From a virus (Duplodnaviria > Caudoviricetes), in the IMG/VR virus record IMGVR_UViG_3300044454_000026, positions 1-24,956 of that record: a DNA stretch of 24,956 nucleotides; one strand, written 5' to 3'. The translations under genes and the position numbers were made by a program. How positions within the stretch are numbered: position 1 is the stretch's first letter; every line of letters starts with the position of its first letter. Positions 1 through 8,787 of this stretch are shown here, piece after piece. Below the pieces are notes generated by a model, which saw only the letters and a program-made list of their open reading frames with translations, was not told the DNA's origin and made no database searches.

Positions 1-53
1 ACCCTATGACAATTTGCACAATGCCCAGGTTTATCGTAATCAATTTCAGACAT
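1..53 (-). CDS. 5' part of a hypothetical protein running off the window (MSEIDYDKPGHCANCHR...), with a CxxC motif
   Basis: Manual translation. ATG at 53-51 follows SD-like GAGGT (62-58), directly after the stop of the 62..814 gene. Not in the ORF track. Confidence 0.6.
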   Translation of the reverse strand, partial: MSEIDYDKPGHCANCHR

Positions 54-61
54 AAAGACCT

Positions 62-814
62 CTATTTAGAATATTGCTCATCAGATCCTAAACTATTGAT
101 TTGAAAGTGAATATCAAAAGACGTAATTCCAACAGCTCCAGAATATGGGTCAGCACCACTAAAAACCGTACTGGTATTTGCGTTATCTCTTATTACACGA
201 AACTGAACAATATCACTAAGAGTGCTTCCAACAGGAACTGAAATTGGGTTTGCATAAGCAATCTGGTTTATTGTTCCGGCGGTATAAGAAACTGCTAAAG
301 TATTACACTTTAAGTTAGTCCATGCCGTAGTTTTAGAAGCTAAATCAACTTGCCAACGATATTGTAATAAAAAGTTTGGAACAGCATTCTGATCCTGAAA
401 AAAGTGAATATGAGGATATATTGATGAAGTTAAGTCCTTATCATGGTTTAATTGGATATTAACATGTAAATAATCGTTCAAATCAGCAGTTGTTGAGAAT
501 TCAACCGTGCTTTCTGTAGAATTAGTTGTTACGTCATTCCCATTTTGCTTAATTCCGAGAGCATCATTAACTTGGTCACGCCAAGGTCTGGCATTTCCAA
601 CCATTGTTTGGTGTCCAGTTGAATCAAAATTGGTGTAATTAGTATCTCGATCTCCGAACTTATTTCCAGCAGAAGCGTAATTCCTGCTTTGGAGATTATT
701 AAAAACATTATCTAAATCGCGATTAATAGCAAGAATGTCCGATTTATTAAGTTTTTCGTCATTCTTCCCGCTAAGAAGGAATGTTTTAGTAATACCACCG
801 CGAAGATCGGTCAC
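62..814 (-). CDS. Putative virion (tail-associated) beta-sandwich protein
   Basis: 250 aa. GTG start overlaps the upstream stop (GTGA). Beta-rich, with QLNH...IYPHIHF and DIHFQINSLGS segments that I recognise from phage structural proteins. Follows the tail tubular gene. Confidence 0.5.
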   Translation of the reverse strand: MTDLRGGITKTFLLSGKNDEKLNKSDILAINRDLDNVFNNLQSRNYASAGNKFGDRDTNYTNFDSTGHQTMVGNARPWRDQVNDALGIKQNGNDVTTNSTESTVEFSTTADLNDYLHVNIQLNHDKDLTSSIYPHIHFFQDQNAVPNFLLQYRWQVDLASKTTAWTNLKCNTLAVSYTAGTINQIAYANPISVPVGSTLSDIVQFRVIRDNANTSTVFSGADPYSGAVGITSFDIHFQINSLGSDEQYSK

Positions 815-2412
815 TGATTTGTCTCCAAATGAACAAGTTGACCAATTCCATCAATTCTGAAAGTTTCATCTAAGGATGAATTTTTAAATCCAAATCTAAC
901 AACTCTTCCACGCCCAGTTAAATCAAAACGGGAGTGCGCTCCTCCAGATCCCGCGAATCTTGAAGTATCGAAAACAGCAATTCCGAAAACATCAGTGCTT
1001 GACGACATGTTTTCATTAAGTTGGTAAGTATCTGAATCCTCAAAATCATAGGAATATGCAACGGTGAGAATCCCGTCATTTACCTTGTAGTATAAATCGA
1101 GTTGAGCAACTCCCTTTTGGTTTGTAAGATCATCGTAGTCCATCCAACGGGTATAATAATAAGATTCAATAGCCGTTGGAATTACTCCGTCAAAAGTAAT
1201 GCTTAAATCGTCATCATCATAGAGATCAAGTGAATTATCGTCTTGAACGGTAACTCCCTCAGTAAATAATTCATCGTTTGATCCTGTATCGCACTGATAG
1301 ACATATCCGCTATAATCCCCAAAAACGGGTATTTCACGGCCCGAACTATAAACCATTACCATTGCAGACGGACTCATTCCTTCGTAGATACTAAATGCCT
1401 CATTAAAGTTATCATAAGTAATAACTTGTTCGGCGTTAGTCCTTCCCGATTTAAACTGACTTACCCAATAACGGTTTTTGAACTTCTGATACATTGAACA
1501 GCATAGATTATTCTTCGATACATTATTTCCCCAAAATGTTTCATTGAGGCGGTTAGATAACTTGAAGGACTGGTTTCCATCAAAGAAATAGACACCGTCT
1601 TCTCCTAAGAACGCCAATCCATTGTCGATGAATGAAATTGAGTAGCCAGAGACACAACCAACATGACTCTGAGTTTTCTGGAAACTAAATGGAACATCAA
1701 CATCGCCAGTAAACTGACCGATCCAGATTGAACGGTCTTTAAAAATAACTAGACGATCTCCAAGAACCTCAAGACCTGTAATTCGTTGACCGTCATTCAT
1801 GCTAATCAAAGCAAAATCCGCATCATTCCAAGTGTCGATGGAATTGATGGTACTCCAGTTTAGACGGGATGGTTGACGAATACCACCCACCACTGAATCA
1901 GCAAAGAATGTATAGGCGTTGAAGGTTTTGATCCAACGAGGAATAGTGATATCTGTTGGAAGAGTCATCGCCGTGAAAACACCACCCGTTGATTTAATCG
2001 GGGCATCCACCCCATTACACATCATTACGGTGTTTAGGAATGTCTGGAATTTACAAAGACTTCCAGACGTAATCGTCATTCCTCCAGTAACATCGGTAAA
2101 AGTAGAAGTAAGATCATTCGTGTAAATTTTATCTCCGCAAGTTACATATAATAATTTGGTCGTACCATCTGATTTCTCAAACCAATGGAGACCCGTTACC
2201 TGCGCTCCACTATTTAAAGCATCTCCTGTATTAATAGGAGTATAGCCATTTCGTTTCTGTGCAGACCCGAACTTATCAAAGTCAATATTGAGCAACTTCG
2301 AGGATTCGTTTGGTTGAAGTGTTAAAGGAGAAGCGGTAGAGTTTAGACCGCCATTTAATCCCTTATATGGAATTGGAACGCTTTGACTTGTTATTTCATT
2401 TTGGCCAGCCAT
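811..2412 (-). CDS. Tail tubular protein B / packaged-DNA stabilisation protein (P22 gp10- or T7 gp12-like nozzle)
   Basis: 533 aa. N-terminal GGLN...ESSKLLNIDFD...KRNGY, beta-propeller-like repeats (RLNWS, LVIFKDRSIW, VGCVSGYSI, FLGEDGVYFFDG) and C-terminal GRVVRFGF. Lies downstream of the adaptor gene. Confidence 0.75.
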   Translation of the reverse strand: MAGQNEITSQSVPIPYKGLNGGLNSTASPLTLQPNESSKLLNIDFDKFGSAQKRNGYTPINTGDALNSGAQVTGLHWFEKSDGTTKLLYVTCGDKIYTNDLTSTFTDVTGGMTITSGSLCKFQTFLNTVMMCNGVDAPIKSTGGVFTAMTLPTDITIPRWIKTFNAYTFFADSVVGGIRQPSRLNWSTINSIDTWNDADFALISMNDGQRITGLEVLGDRLVIFKDRSIWIGQFTGDVDVPFSFQKTQSHVGCVSGYSISFIDNGLAFLGEDGVYFFDGNQSFKLSNRLNETFWGNNVSKNNLCCSMYQKFKNRYWVSQFKSGRTNAEQVITYDNFNEAFSIYEGMSPSAMVMVYSSGREIPVFGDYSGYVYQCDTGSNDELFTEGVTVQDDNSLDLYDDDDLSITFDGVIPTAIESYYYTRWMDYDDLTNQKGVAQLDLYYKVNDGILTVAYSYDFEDSDTYQLNENMSSSTDVFGIAVFDTSRFAGSGGAHSRFDLTGRGRVVRFGFKNSSLDETFRIDGIGQLVHLETNQ

Positions 2413-2437
2413 TATCGTGTACTCCCAAAATAAATAC

Positions 2438-2466
2438 TTGTAAGTCCGTAGTTACCACCATATAAT
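2438..2466 (+). promoter_or_regulatory. Sigma70-type promoter for the antisense HNH gene, probably giving a leaderless or near-leaderless mRNA
   Basis: TTGTAA (2438-2443), 17 nt, TATAAT (2461-2466). The ATG at 2475 is only 8 nt after the -10 and no SD is present. Confidence 0.65.
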
Positions 2467-2474
2467 ATGTTCAT

Positions 2475-2825
2475 ATGAAGACCTGTAAAATAGAAGGTTG
2501 TAAGAATAAACACAAGGGTCATGGATGGTGCGAAAAACATCTCCTTAGATTTTATTCCACTGGTTCTCCTTTTAAAACTAAAAGGAAACTTAATGGAGAA
2601 GGATCTATTGATAAAAAAGGTTATAAGATTATATACCTTAATAAAAAACTTGTTCCAGAACATCGACACATAATGGAAAAACATCTTGGTAGAAAACTTA
2701 AATGGCCAGAAGAATGCATTCATCATATTAACGGAATAAAAACCGATAATAGAATCTGCAATCTTCAGGTTATGCGTTTTGGTGATCATAGTTCTCTTCA
2801 TAATAAATTAAGATTATCTCGTTGA
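2475..2825 (+). CDS. Free-standing HNH homing endonuclease (HNH_3-like) with an N-terminal Cys/His zinc-binding segment
   Basis: [14 protein letters not shown]...[16 protein letters not shown]...H..LH motif and N-terminal CxxxGC...WCxxH. AT-rich and opposite in orientation to the operon. Confidence 0.9.
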   Translation: MKTCKIEGCKNKHKGHGWCEKHLLRFYSTGSPFKTKRKLNGEGSIDKKGYKIIYLNKKLVPEHRHIMEKHLGRKLKWPEECIHHINGIKTDNRICNLQVMRFGDHSSLHNKLRLSR

Positions 2826-4046
2826 ACCAGGTCCAAAATTTCCCCCCAACTGTTCCCAAATCACATTCTTGTTGAGGAATCCACGACGACCACGACGCTG
2901 ACTGGGTCGTTTAAGTCCTGGCCGCCAATCCATATTTCGATCCATGTTGTAGCGACGCAATACACGAAGCTCATCCTGATAAAGAGAGAAATAGTTATTT
3001 GCTTCCTTCTGATTCTCTTGATACTTAATCTTTGCGCAGGATAAAAGCAATAAAGCCTCATCAAATTCAGAACCAAGTTCGTGGACATCTCCATCATTCA
3101 CAAGACGATCTGGCTCTTTGTAATACTGAACATTAATGTTAAAAACAGTTTTTGGAAGCGGCCAAAGTTGAACTTTTCGGTACATAAATCCGCTGTCCGT
3201 ATACCCAGCCGGAATAACAGCAACCGTTGAAGTCCCGGTATTAGCCGTAACTGTAATACGACCTGCTGTTGAAGATGATTTAACAACTCGTTCAATATTT
3301 TGGAAGGTCTTAGTACTGCTAACTGTAGTTGTCCCATCCGATCCGTTAGTAATAATTACCTCAGAATCAGGATAACCCGCAACATCTCCAAAAATGGTGA
3401 TTGACTTTGAAACATCCGAAGAGGATGAAGAAGAAATTGTGATTACACTTGGTTCTAAAGGTTGTGTAATTACCCAATCTTCTCCCCACATCCTGTAATA
3501 AATCGGGATATTTTGGTTCTCAATAGGAACTGACGCCATATAAAATTCAAGGTCAGTGGAGTATTCGAGGGTATAAGGGAATCCCAACGCTTCATGCCAT
3601 ACAACACCGATTCTTCCGAGTTGTGGGGGCATGTTATATTCTTCCTGCCCATAAAACGTGAAAGTTAAGTTAGATGCGGAAGTCTGATCATAATTAAGAT
3701 TAGTTTTAAATTGAGTCTCACTATTTACTTCCGTAATAACATATCGTTGAGTAGATCCGCCGATAAGAACACGCCGACCAACAGTAATACCATTAGTGAC
3801 AAAAAGAGTCCCGCTCCCAGTAAAAATGTTAGATCCATTAGTTGCTGTAAGAGTCCCTGTAGTATATTGCCCAACTGTTGGAAATACATGCTTCCTCCGA
3901 AGTTGCATCCAAGGAGCTTCCCGACTAATCCTAAAAAGAGAAGTGTTGATTGCGTTCTTAATTGCGGTATCAAATTGAGTCCCGCCTTGGTCTCTAGTCG
4001 ACCGTCTTTTAACCTCGCTCTGAAGCTCACTAAAATTATATGCCAT
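2814..4046 (-). CDS. Head-tail adaptor / tail tubular protein A-like protein, extended by inserted beta domains
   Basis: 410 aa. Helical N-terminus ([12 protein letters not shown]...IKNAIN), [28 protein letters not shown], helical C-terminus. Lies directly before the tubular-B-like gene. Confidence 0.7.
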   Translation of the reverse strand: MAYNFSELQSEVKRRSTRDQGGTQFDTAIKNAINTSLFRISREAPWMQLRRKHVFPTVGQYTTGTLTATNGSNIFTGSGTLFVTNGITVGRRVLIGGSTQRYVITEVNSETQFKTNLNYDQTSASNLTFTFYGQEEYNMPPQLGRIGVVWHEALGFPYTLEYSTDLEFYMASVPIENQNIPIYYRMWGEDWVITQPLEPSVITISSSSSSDVSKSITIFGDVAGYPDSEVIITNGSDGTTTVSSTKTFQNIERVVKSSSTAGRITVTANTGTSTVAVIPAGYTDSGFMYRKVQLWPLPKTVFNINVQYYKEPDRLVNDGDVHELGSEFDEALLLLSCAKIKYQENQKEANNYFSLYQDELRVLRRYNMDRNMDWRPGLKRPSQRRGRRGFLNKNVIWEQLGGNFGPGSTR

Positions 4047-4056
4047 TGGTTACTCC

Positions 4057-4509
4057 TTAATTAAGTGCCAAACAATAACTTGTTGCCATAAAGAATCCTG
4101 TAATACCCTCAACAAACTTCCAAGGGAATAGGCTCGCAGTCTTCGGAATATTACTTAAAGTCCCTGTAATACCAAGCATCACACATGGAAATAACGCAAA
4201 GTAGAATGAACTCGGAGAGAACGAAATAAGAAAACAAGGGGCTCCGAGCAGATACCCAAGCACCCAAATCCAAGCAAATTGATACCATTTCCGCACGTCA
4301 CCCTTCCCGATAGTGAAGGGTAGGCTCAGTACCCCGAAAATCGCAGGCCACAACAGGAGGTCGCTCCAAGCCCACCCTTTTACGAAGATAGAAGCTAGTG
4401 TGATTACCGACGGGATTCCTACGCGGCGGATTAGTTTGTTGTAAGTGCCGCCCAGCTGGTACAGGATCGCACATATCGGGGATAGAAACCACACTAGCTC
4501 GAAATTCAT
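4057..4509 (-). CDS. Multi-pass membrane protein of unknown function
   Basis: 150 aa with several hydrophobic segments and an LGG...RRVGIP motif. ATGA overlap with the upstream gene. Confidence 0.7.
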   Translation of the reverse strand: MNFELVWFLSPICAILYQLGGTYNKLIRRVGIPSVITLASIFVKGWAWSDLLLWPAIFGVLSLPFTIGKGDVRKWYQFAWIWVLGYLLGAPCFLISFSPSSFYFALFPCVMLGITGTLSNIPKTASLFPWKFVEGITGFFMATSYCLALN

Positions 4510-4799
4510 TTAACCTCAGGTTTCTTGTTTATCATTTTCCAAGCAAGATGAATCATCAAAAGTACCCACGCCAAAAACATACATAAGAGCATGATCCACG
4601 CCACTACCGGGTTGGTAAGACTGTAGTTCCAGAACGTCTTGGATAGCGTTGCGCCAGTACAAGCCTTACTGATCGCCTCCCCAACCCCAAGACATACTCC
4701 CATCGAAGCAATCGTCCCAACCCAATACCACATCTTTTTAATCACGAACGGGATAAGAAGAAGCCCCAAGAATGCGATGATGAAAATTACGTCACCCAT
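4506..4799 (-). CDS. Small membrane protein with 2-3 TM segments; holin candidate
   Basis: 97 aa, hydrophobic helices, basic C-terminus, coupled to both neighbours. Confidence 0.6.
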   Translation of the reverse strand: MGDVIFIIAFLGLLLIPFVIKKMWYWVGTIASMGVCLGVGEAISKACTGATLSKTFWNYSLTNPVVAWIMLLCMFLAWVLLMIHLAWKMINKKPEVK

Positions 4800-5047
4800 T
4801 ACTTTGGCTCCTCTTTTTTCTTCCTCGCGAAGAACAGTAACAATGCCGTTGCAATAGATCCTGCTACAGCCCCGGCCGCTGGATACCCAGACGCATCAGC
4901 TACGGCCTTCACAATATCGGTCTTTGCCTGGACATCTGCTTTGCAGATAGGATCAGCCAAACATGCCGAAGCCGCTTCCCGGCGTTCCTGAAAATATGCG
5001 CAGGAAGTAAGCCCAACCAGTAGAAGAATCAGAATATATTTCTTCAT
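4799..5047 (-). CDS. Lipoprotein with a C-terminal TM helix (unimolecular-spanin-like topology)
   Basis: Signal peptide MKKYILILLLVGLTSC with lipobox LTSC. C-terminal hydrophobic AAGAVAGSIATALLLFFA followed by RKKK. Confidence 0.6.
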   Translation of the reverse strand: MKKYILILLLVGLTSCAYFQERREAASACLADPICKADVQAKTDIVKAVADASGYPAAGAVAGSIATALLLFFARKKKEEPK

Positions 5048-5220
5048 TTGGGACGCTGTCCGGTCAGGAGCGCAGACCCAACCTTTTGAAGTAACGTAAC
5101 AATCCGCTCAACAAGATTATCATCCGTTTGAGGAGTCTTGTCTAATGCGTCCCGAACCGTTGTGATAACTTTTACAGCTAACAGGTAATAAAGAATCACT
5201 TTCTCGTAATCGATGTTCAT
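5044..5220 (-). CDS. 58-aa holin-like protein not in the ORF track (MNIDYEKVILYYLLAVKVITTVRDALDKTPQTDDNLVERIVTLLQKVGSALLTGQRPK)
   Basis: Manual translation. SD GAGGAG upstream and ATGA overlaps at both ends. Hydrophobic N-terminal segment plus a TPxxDD motif resembling small phage holin-like proteins. Confidence 0.7.
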   Translation of the reverse strand: MNIDYEKVILYYLLAVKVITTVRDALDKTPQTDDNLVERIVTLLQKVGSALLTGQRPK

Positions 5221-5390
5221 TTGTCACACTCCTCACAGCGTTTTAGGAATGACGCGTCAATATCCGCCTTCAATTCCTCAAGTTGTCGTTCGTATTCAAA
5301 CCTACTAATCTCTCCTTTTATTTCTTTCTCGAAAAGATTTGCCGCTATTTCCATGCACTCCAATAAATCATTCTTTAACTGACAGTTCAT
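5217..5390 (-). CDS. 57-aa acidic helical hypothetical protein not in the ORF track (MNCQLKNDLLECMEIAANLFEKEIKGEISRFEYERQLEELKADIDASFLKRCEECDK)
   Basis: Manual translation. It fills the gap, overlaps the upstream gene end, and its stop overlaps the next ATG (ATGA). Confidence 0.6.
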   Translation of the reverse strand: MNCQLKNDLLECMEIAANLFEKEIKGEISRFEYERQLEELKADIDASFLKRCEECDK

Positions 5391-5664
5391 GTTTCACCCC
5401 GTTATGGTATCCATAACACCGAGTTTCAATTACCGTCACCCTATTCCTTAAATCATCCTGTTTGCTCCACAGCAATTTATGAGACTTTTCATTCTCTTCA
5501 ATGAACTGATCCAATCTTTTCTTCGTATCGTTCTTAATCTCAATAAGAGCTTCCCCAAGCTGTCTCAACTTCTCGGTGATCGTAGCGGCCCACCAAATCC
5601 CGGCGCAAAGCTGGATGATGAGCGTTATCCCAATACTCGTAAACCCGATTGCAATTCCATCCAT
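5368..5664 (-). CDS. Single-TM coiled-coil membrane protein (holin/XhlA-like)
   Basis: N-terminal TM (IAIGFTSIGITLIIQLCAGIWWAA) followed by a heptad-like helix ending RVTVIETR. Confidence 0.6.
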   Translation of the reverse strand: MDGIAIGFTSIGITLIIQLCAGIWWAATITEKLRQLGEALIEIKNDTKKRLDQFIEENEKSHKLLWSKQDDLRNRVTVIETRCYGYHNGVKHELSVKE

Positions 5665-5667
5665 AAT

Positions 5668-8600
5668 CTATTCTCCTGCGTACCAGCCGGAACCGCCACC
5701 GCCACCACCGGCATCAACATTATTCCCGACGACGTAAGGCATCCCATCTACCCAGTATTTCAGACCTTTTGAGTCTGTGGCGGTTGCTGTGAAAGTATCT
5801 ACGTTGACCCAACCGCTGGTGTATCCTGTGTATCCGCAATCAACGTAGAATGATAAAACAGTGTCTGCCGAGACTGCGGAAGTCGTTCCTGATAAAGTCT
5901 CAAATGCTCCCTCGCTTGCCGCTGTTGCTGTGGCAAGAACGGTATCAGTCGTGATCCCTGCAATCGTGTTTGCTTCAACCATGAGTCTGGCTCGCTGACC
6001 GTTGTAGTCAGTGCCGTCACCGACCACACTCTCGCGGACTTTAATTGTTGCCGTAACTGTTGATCCCGCCGCCACCGCAACCTTCCACTTCCCAATCGAA
6101 TAAAGACCCTCAGACCCGCCCACATAACTTTTAAGGCGATAAGTTGCGATACTTGGAGTCATTCTTAGAGAAGGAGTTACGTCGAACATATTTGCAGTTG
6201 TATCAATCGAGAGGATTCCTTCTCTTACCCACGCCTTATGATTTCCAGTTGATTGGTCATGCCGGGAAGATGCGATAAAAGAGTTCTGGGACATCGCAAC
6301 GGTTTGAACAAACTCGTTCGTTGCCCCTAAGTAAGTATTCTCAAGAACTAACTGCATTAGATAAGGTCTTGTCAGAGCGTTTATATCCTGGGAAGTATGG
6401 GCGGTATAAACTCCCGTGACATTTGAGAACACTCCGTTCTTAATAACAATCTGGCTTAAATGAGTCGTGGCTCCATATCTAAGCCCTGTTGCCACAGAGA
6501 AGTTATTCGTACCATCGTTAAACCCTGAGACTGTCGGAGATAAGAAAATTGCCTGGTTTTGAGTGTTAACATCAATGTTGACCGTTCCATTCCCGTAAAT
6601 GACTGGGGTATCTATGGTTAATTCTTTCGTTCCATTTAGTGTCAATCCAATGATTGCATTAAAATGAACGTCAATAGTCCCAAAGGTTCCAAATCCCTGA
6701 CCTTGAAAAGTAATTCCGTTCGTATTTCCGTAAGCAACATTCCCGTTACAAGTCCCAAAATTTGCTGCGGTAACATCCGTGTCCATAAAAGCCATTCCGA
6801 TTCCAGCACCCGTTGCTATATTTCCACTCACACTTCCACGTGTTTCCGAAAAACTAAACGGTGCTTTAATCCCAAAATTATTGTCATAAGTGAAATTGTT
6901 ATTTGTCGGAACCACTGCCATATTGATTCCGTTTGTGGCACAGTCGAAAAGCACATTGTTTGAAAATACTACATTGTTATTTGTGGCTGCTGAGGAGTTA
7001 GTGATAACAAAGATTTCATTTGATTCATGGAATGAGGAATACTGAGCGTTTGAAGAGCCGGTTGTTGTCTGCATTGTAAATCCACGAGCGGCACTAAGAC
7101 CCATATTGTAAAATTCGCAGTAATCGACATCGACTGCCGAGATGCTTTGCATATCAACCCATGAAGCGTTTGTTTTGCTGGCCCCATAAACCTGGACGTT
7201 TCGGGTTATATTCATAATGTGACATTTGTACGGGGCAGTCCCGTAATGTGGATAAGTTACACCTGCGGTCAAGGTAATCTGAGTCGCAGAGTCAACGGAA
7301 GCGATAACCCTGTCCTCATACTCGGCAATAGTCCTTCGGCCAGGGGCAATCACAACACGGTCATTTGCTAACCATCCTGTCGTTGAAGCGACTGTAATGA
7401 CCGTATTGGTTGCAACAATATTCGATTCAAGGGTCGTATAGGGCGTCATGGTCGCGCCCTGTGCGTTCCAGACGGCGTTTGTAGCACCCTTTACACTAAA
7501 CCCGAAGTCAGACGGCGCGGCATTATCGAATTGGAGTTTAAAGGTCGGGGAAGTCGAGGAACGAGTCGAGCCGTTTCCAGTATTAAACTGAGTTGTCCCG
7601 TCCCCTGTGGTGTGCCATAACCCTGACAATTTCATCCAGTAATTCGTTGAGGCGGTGTTCCCAGAGGCAAAAGTCCCCTTTGATCCGACGTTCATAGAAG
7701 CAACAGTCGTGCTTCCTGACCCATAATCTTTAATCGGATTGTTGTAATAAACCGTAATCTTTAAACTATCAATCCGTGCTTTCCACCCGCCAGACGCTGA
7801 TGTCGCGCTTACAAACACTCCAAAATTAGCGTCATTGATGTCTGCCGCTGTCCAAGATACCCCCCAGTTTTCGGTAGGACTTCCGTTATTGACATACGCA
7901 TTAAATTTCCAGTCAGTCGTCACCTTGTAATCACCAGAAAGAGAAGTAGAAGGAAGAATAAGACGGACTTCGTTGTCTGTGACTGGGCCGTCTCCGTCGG
8001 CACTAACGTGTTTTGTGACGACAATACCAAGAATAGTTGCGCCAGTTGGGATTGAAAACCCGTAGGTTGAAGCTCTAATATTCCAAGAAACGTCTCCGGC
8101 AGAGGCAGATCCGTCGTTATTTGAAATAGCCTCGTTTGTATCATCCGCCTCAACGTTTGTTGGATTTAACCAATCCAAAAGAGCGGAAGATCCGACATCC
8201 GTAGAAACAGCAGTCGGGTAGGCACTTTGTGACGTATACCCAATTTCGTCAAAAGTCACAGTGTTCGCTGAATAAGTCGCGGCCGCCGTCCAATCCCCTA
8301 CGACGTAGAACCGATCCCCGGCGGCAGGAGATTGGGTTGTGGAAGTAGTAACAAACCGATAGAAGTTACTTGCAGTAGCGTCACGGTAAAGGGTAACCTG
8401 GTTTGCGCTTGAAACCTGGGCTTCAACTCGATAATTGGTCGCTCCGGACAATGCAACACTAGAAGCAAACTTTAATTTAACCCATCCGTAGCTCGGAAGG
8501 TCTGTGACGTTCACCGTCACGGTAGTCCCTGCGACCGCCGCTGACCCGGTAACATCATAAATTCTTACTGAGAAAGTTCCGGTCGTTCCCTTGGATGAAA

Positions 8601-8787
8601 CTTTTACACCGATGGAAGTAGCGGTCATTGCCCCAGGAGTAAGAGTTGCCCCAGAAGTCCACGAAGCGGCAGTAGCTACAGTCTGCGTTGCGCTCTCAGC
8701 GGCATCCAGTTCAAACGTGGAATTTGCGACTTCCCACGTTCCTGCCGCTGACCAGTTGCCTGTGCCCTTAGAAACGAGTGTTGCCAT
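5668..8787 (-). CDS. Large tail fibre/spike-like protein: G8-like N-terminus with inserted jelly-roll modules, parallel beta-helix and C-terminal beta-sandwich
   Basis: 1039 aa, rich in Thr/Ser/Gly/Asn. Motifs GNWSAAGTW, PAAGD..TVTFD, ITVASTTGW..NDRVVIA, LTAGVTYPH, NITRNVQVYG, Asn-ladder repeats and a poly-Gly tail. Confidence 0.7.
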   Translation of the reverse strand: MATLVSKGTGNWSAAGTWEVANSTFELDAAESATQTVATAASWTSGATLTPGAMTATSIGVKVSSKGTTGTFSVRIYDVTGSAAVAGTTVTVNVTDLPSYGWVKLKFASSVALSGATNYRVEAQVSSANQVTLYRDATASNFYRFVTTSTTQSPAAGDRFYVVGDWTAAATYSANTVTFDEIGYTSQSAYPTAVSTDVGSSALLDWLNPTNVEADDTNEAISNNDGSASAGDVSWNIRASTYGFSIPTGATILGIVVTKHVSADGDGPVTDNEVRLILPSTSLSGDYKVTTDWKFNAYVNNGSPTENWGVSWTAADINDANFGVFVSATSASGGWKARIDSLKITVYYNNPIKDYGSGSTTVASMNVGSKGTFASGNTASTNYWMKLSGLWHTTGDGTTQFNTGNGSTRSSTSPTFKLQFDNAAPSDFGFSVKGATNAVWNAQGATMTPYTTLESNIVATNTVITVASTTGWLANDRVVIAPGRRTIAEYEDRVIASVDSATQITLTAGVTYPHYGTAPYKCHIMNITRNVQVYGASKTNASWVDMQSISAVDVDYCEFYNMGLSAARGFTMQTTTGSSNAQYSSFHESNEIFVITNSSAATNNNVVFSNNVLFDCATNGINMAVVPTNNNFTYDNNFGIKAPFSFSETRGSVSGNIATGAGIGMAFMDTDVTAANFGTCNGNVAYGNTNGITFQGQGFGTFGTIDVHFNAIIGLTLNGTKELTIDTPVIYGNGTVNIDVNTQNQAIFLSPTVSGFNDGTNNFSVATGLRYGATTHLSQIVIKNGVFSNVTGVYTAHTSQDINALTRPYLMQLVLENTYLGATNEFVQTVAMSQNSFIASSRHDQSTGNHKAWVREGILSIDTTANMFDVTPSLRMTPSIATYRLKSYVGGSEGLYSIGKWKVAVAAGSTVTATIKVRESVVGDGTDYNGQRARLMVEANTIAGITTDTVLATATAASEGAFETLSGTTSAVSADTVLSFYVDCGYTGYTSGWVNVDTFTATATDSKGLKYWVDGMPYVVGNNVDAGGGGGGSGWYAGE

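Noticed and set aside
2412-2801. 129-aa minus-strand ORF as a gene for a functional protein
   Set aside because: Its Phe-rich sequence mirrors the HNH's Lys codons, so it is not called as a CDS. Its possible coupling role is reported as a finding.
5668-8787. Diversity-generating retroelement target in the tail fibre
   Set aside because: There is no reverse transcriptase in the window and I saw no near-identical repeat differing at adenines. Elements outside the window cannot be excluded.
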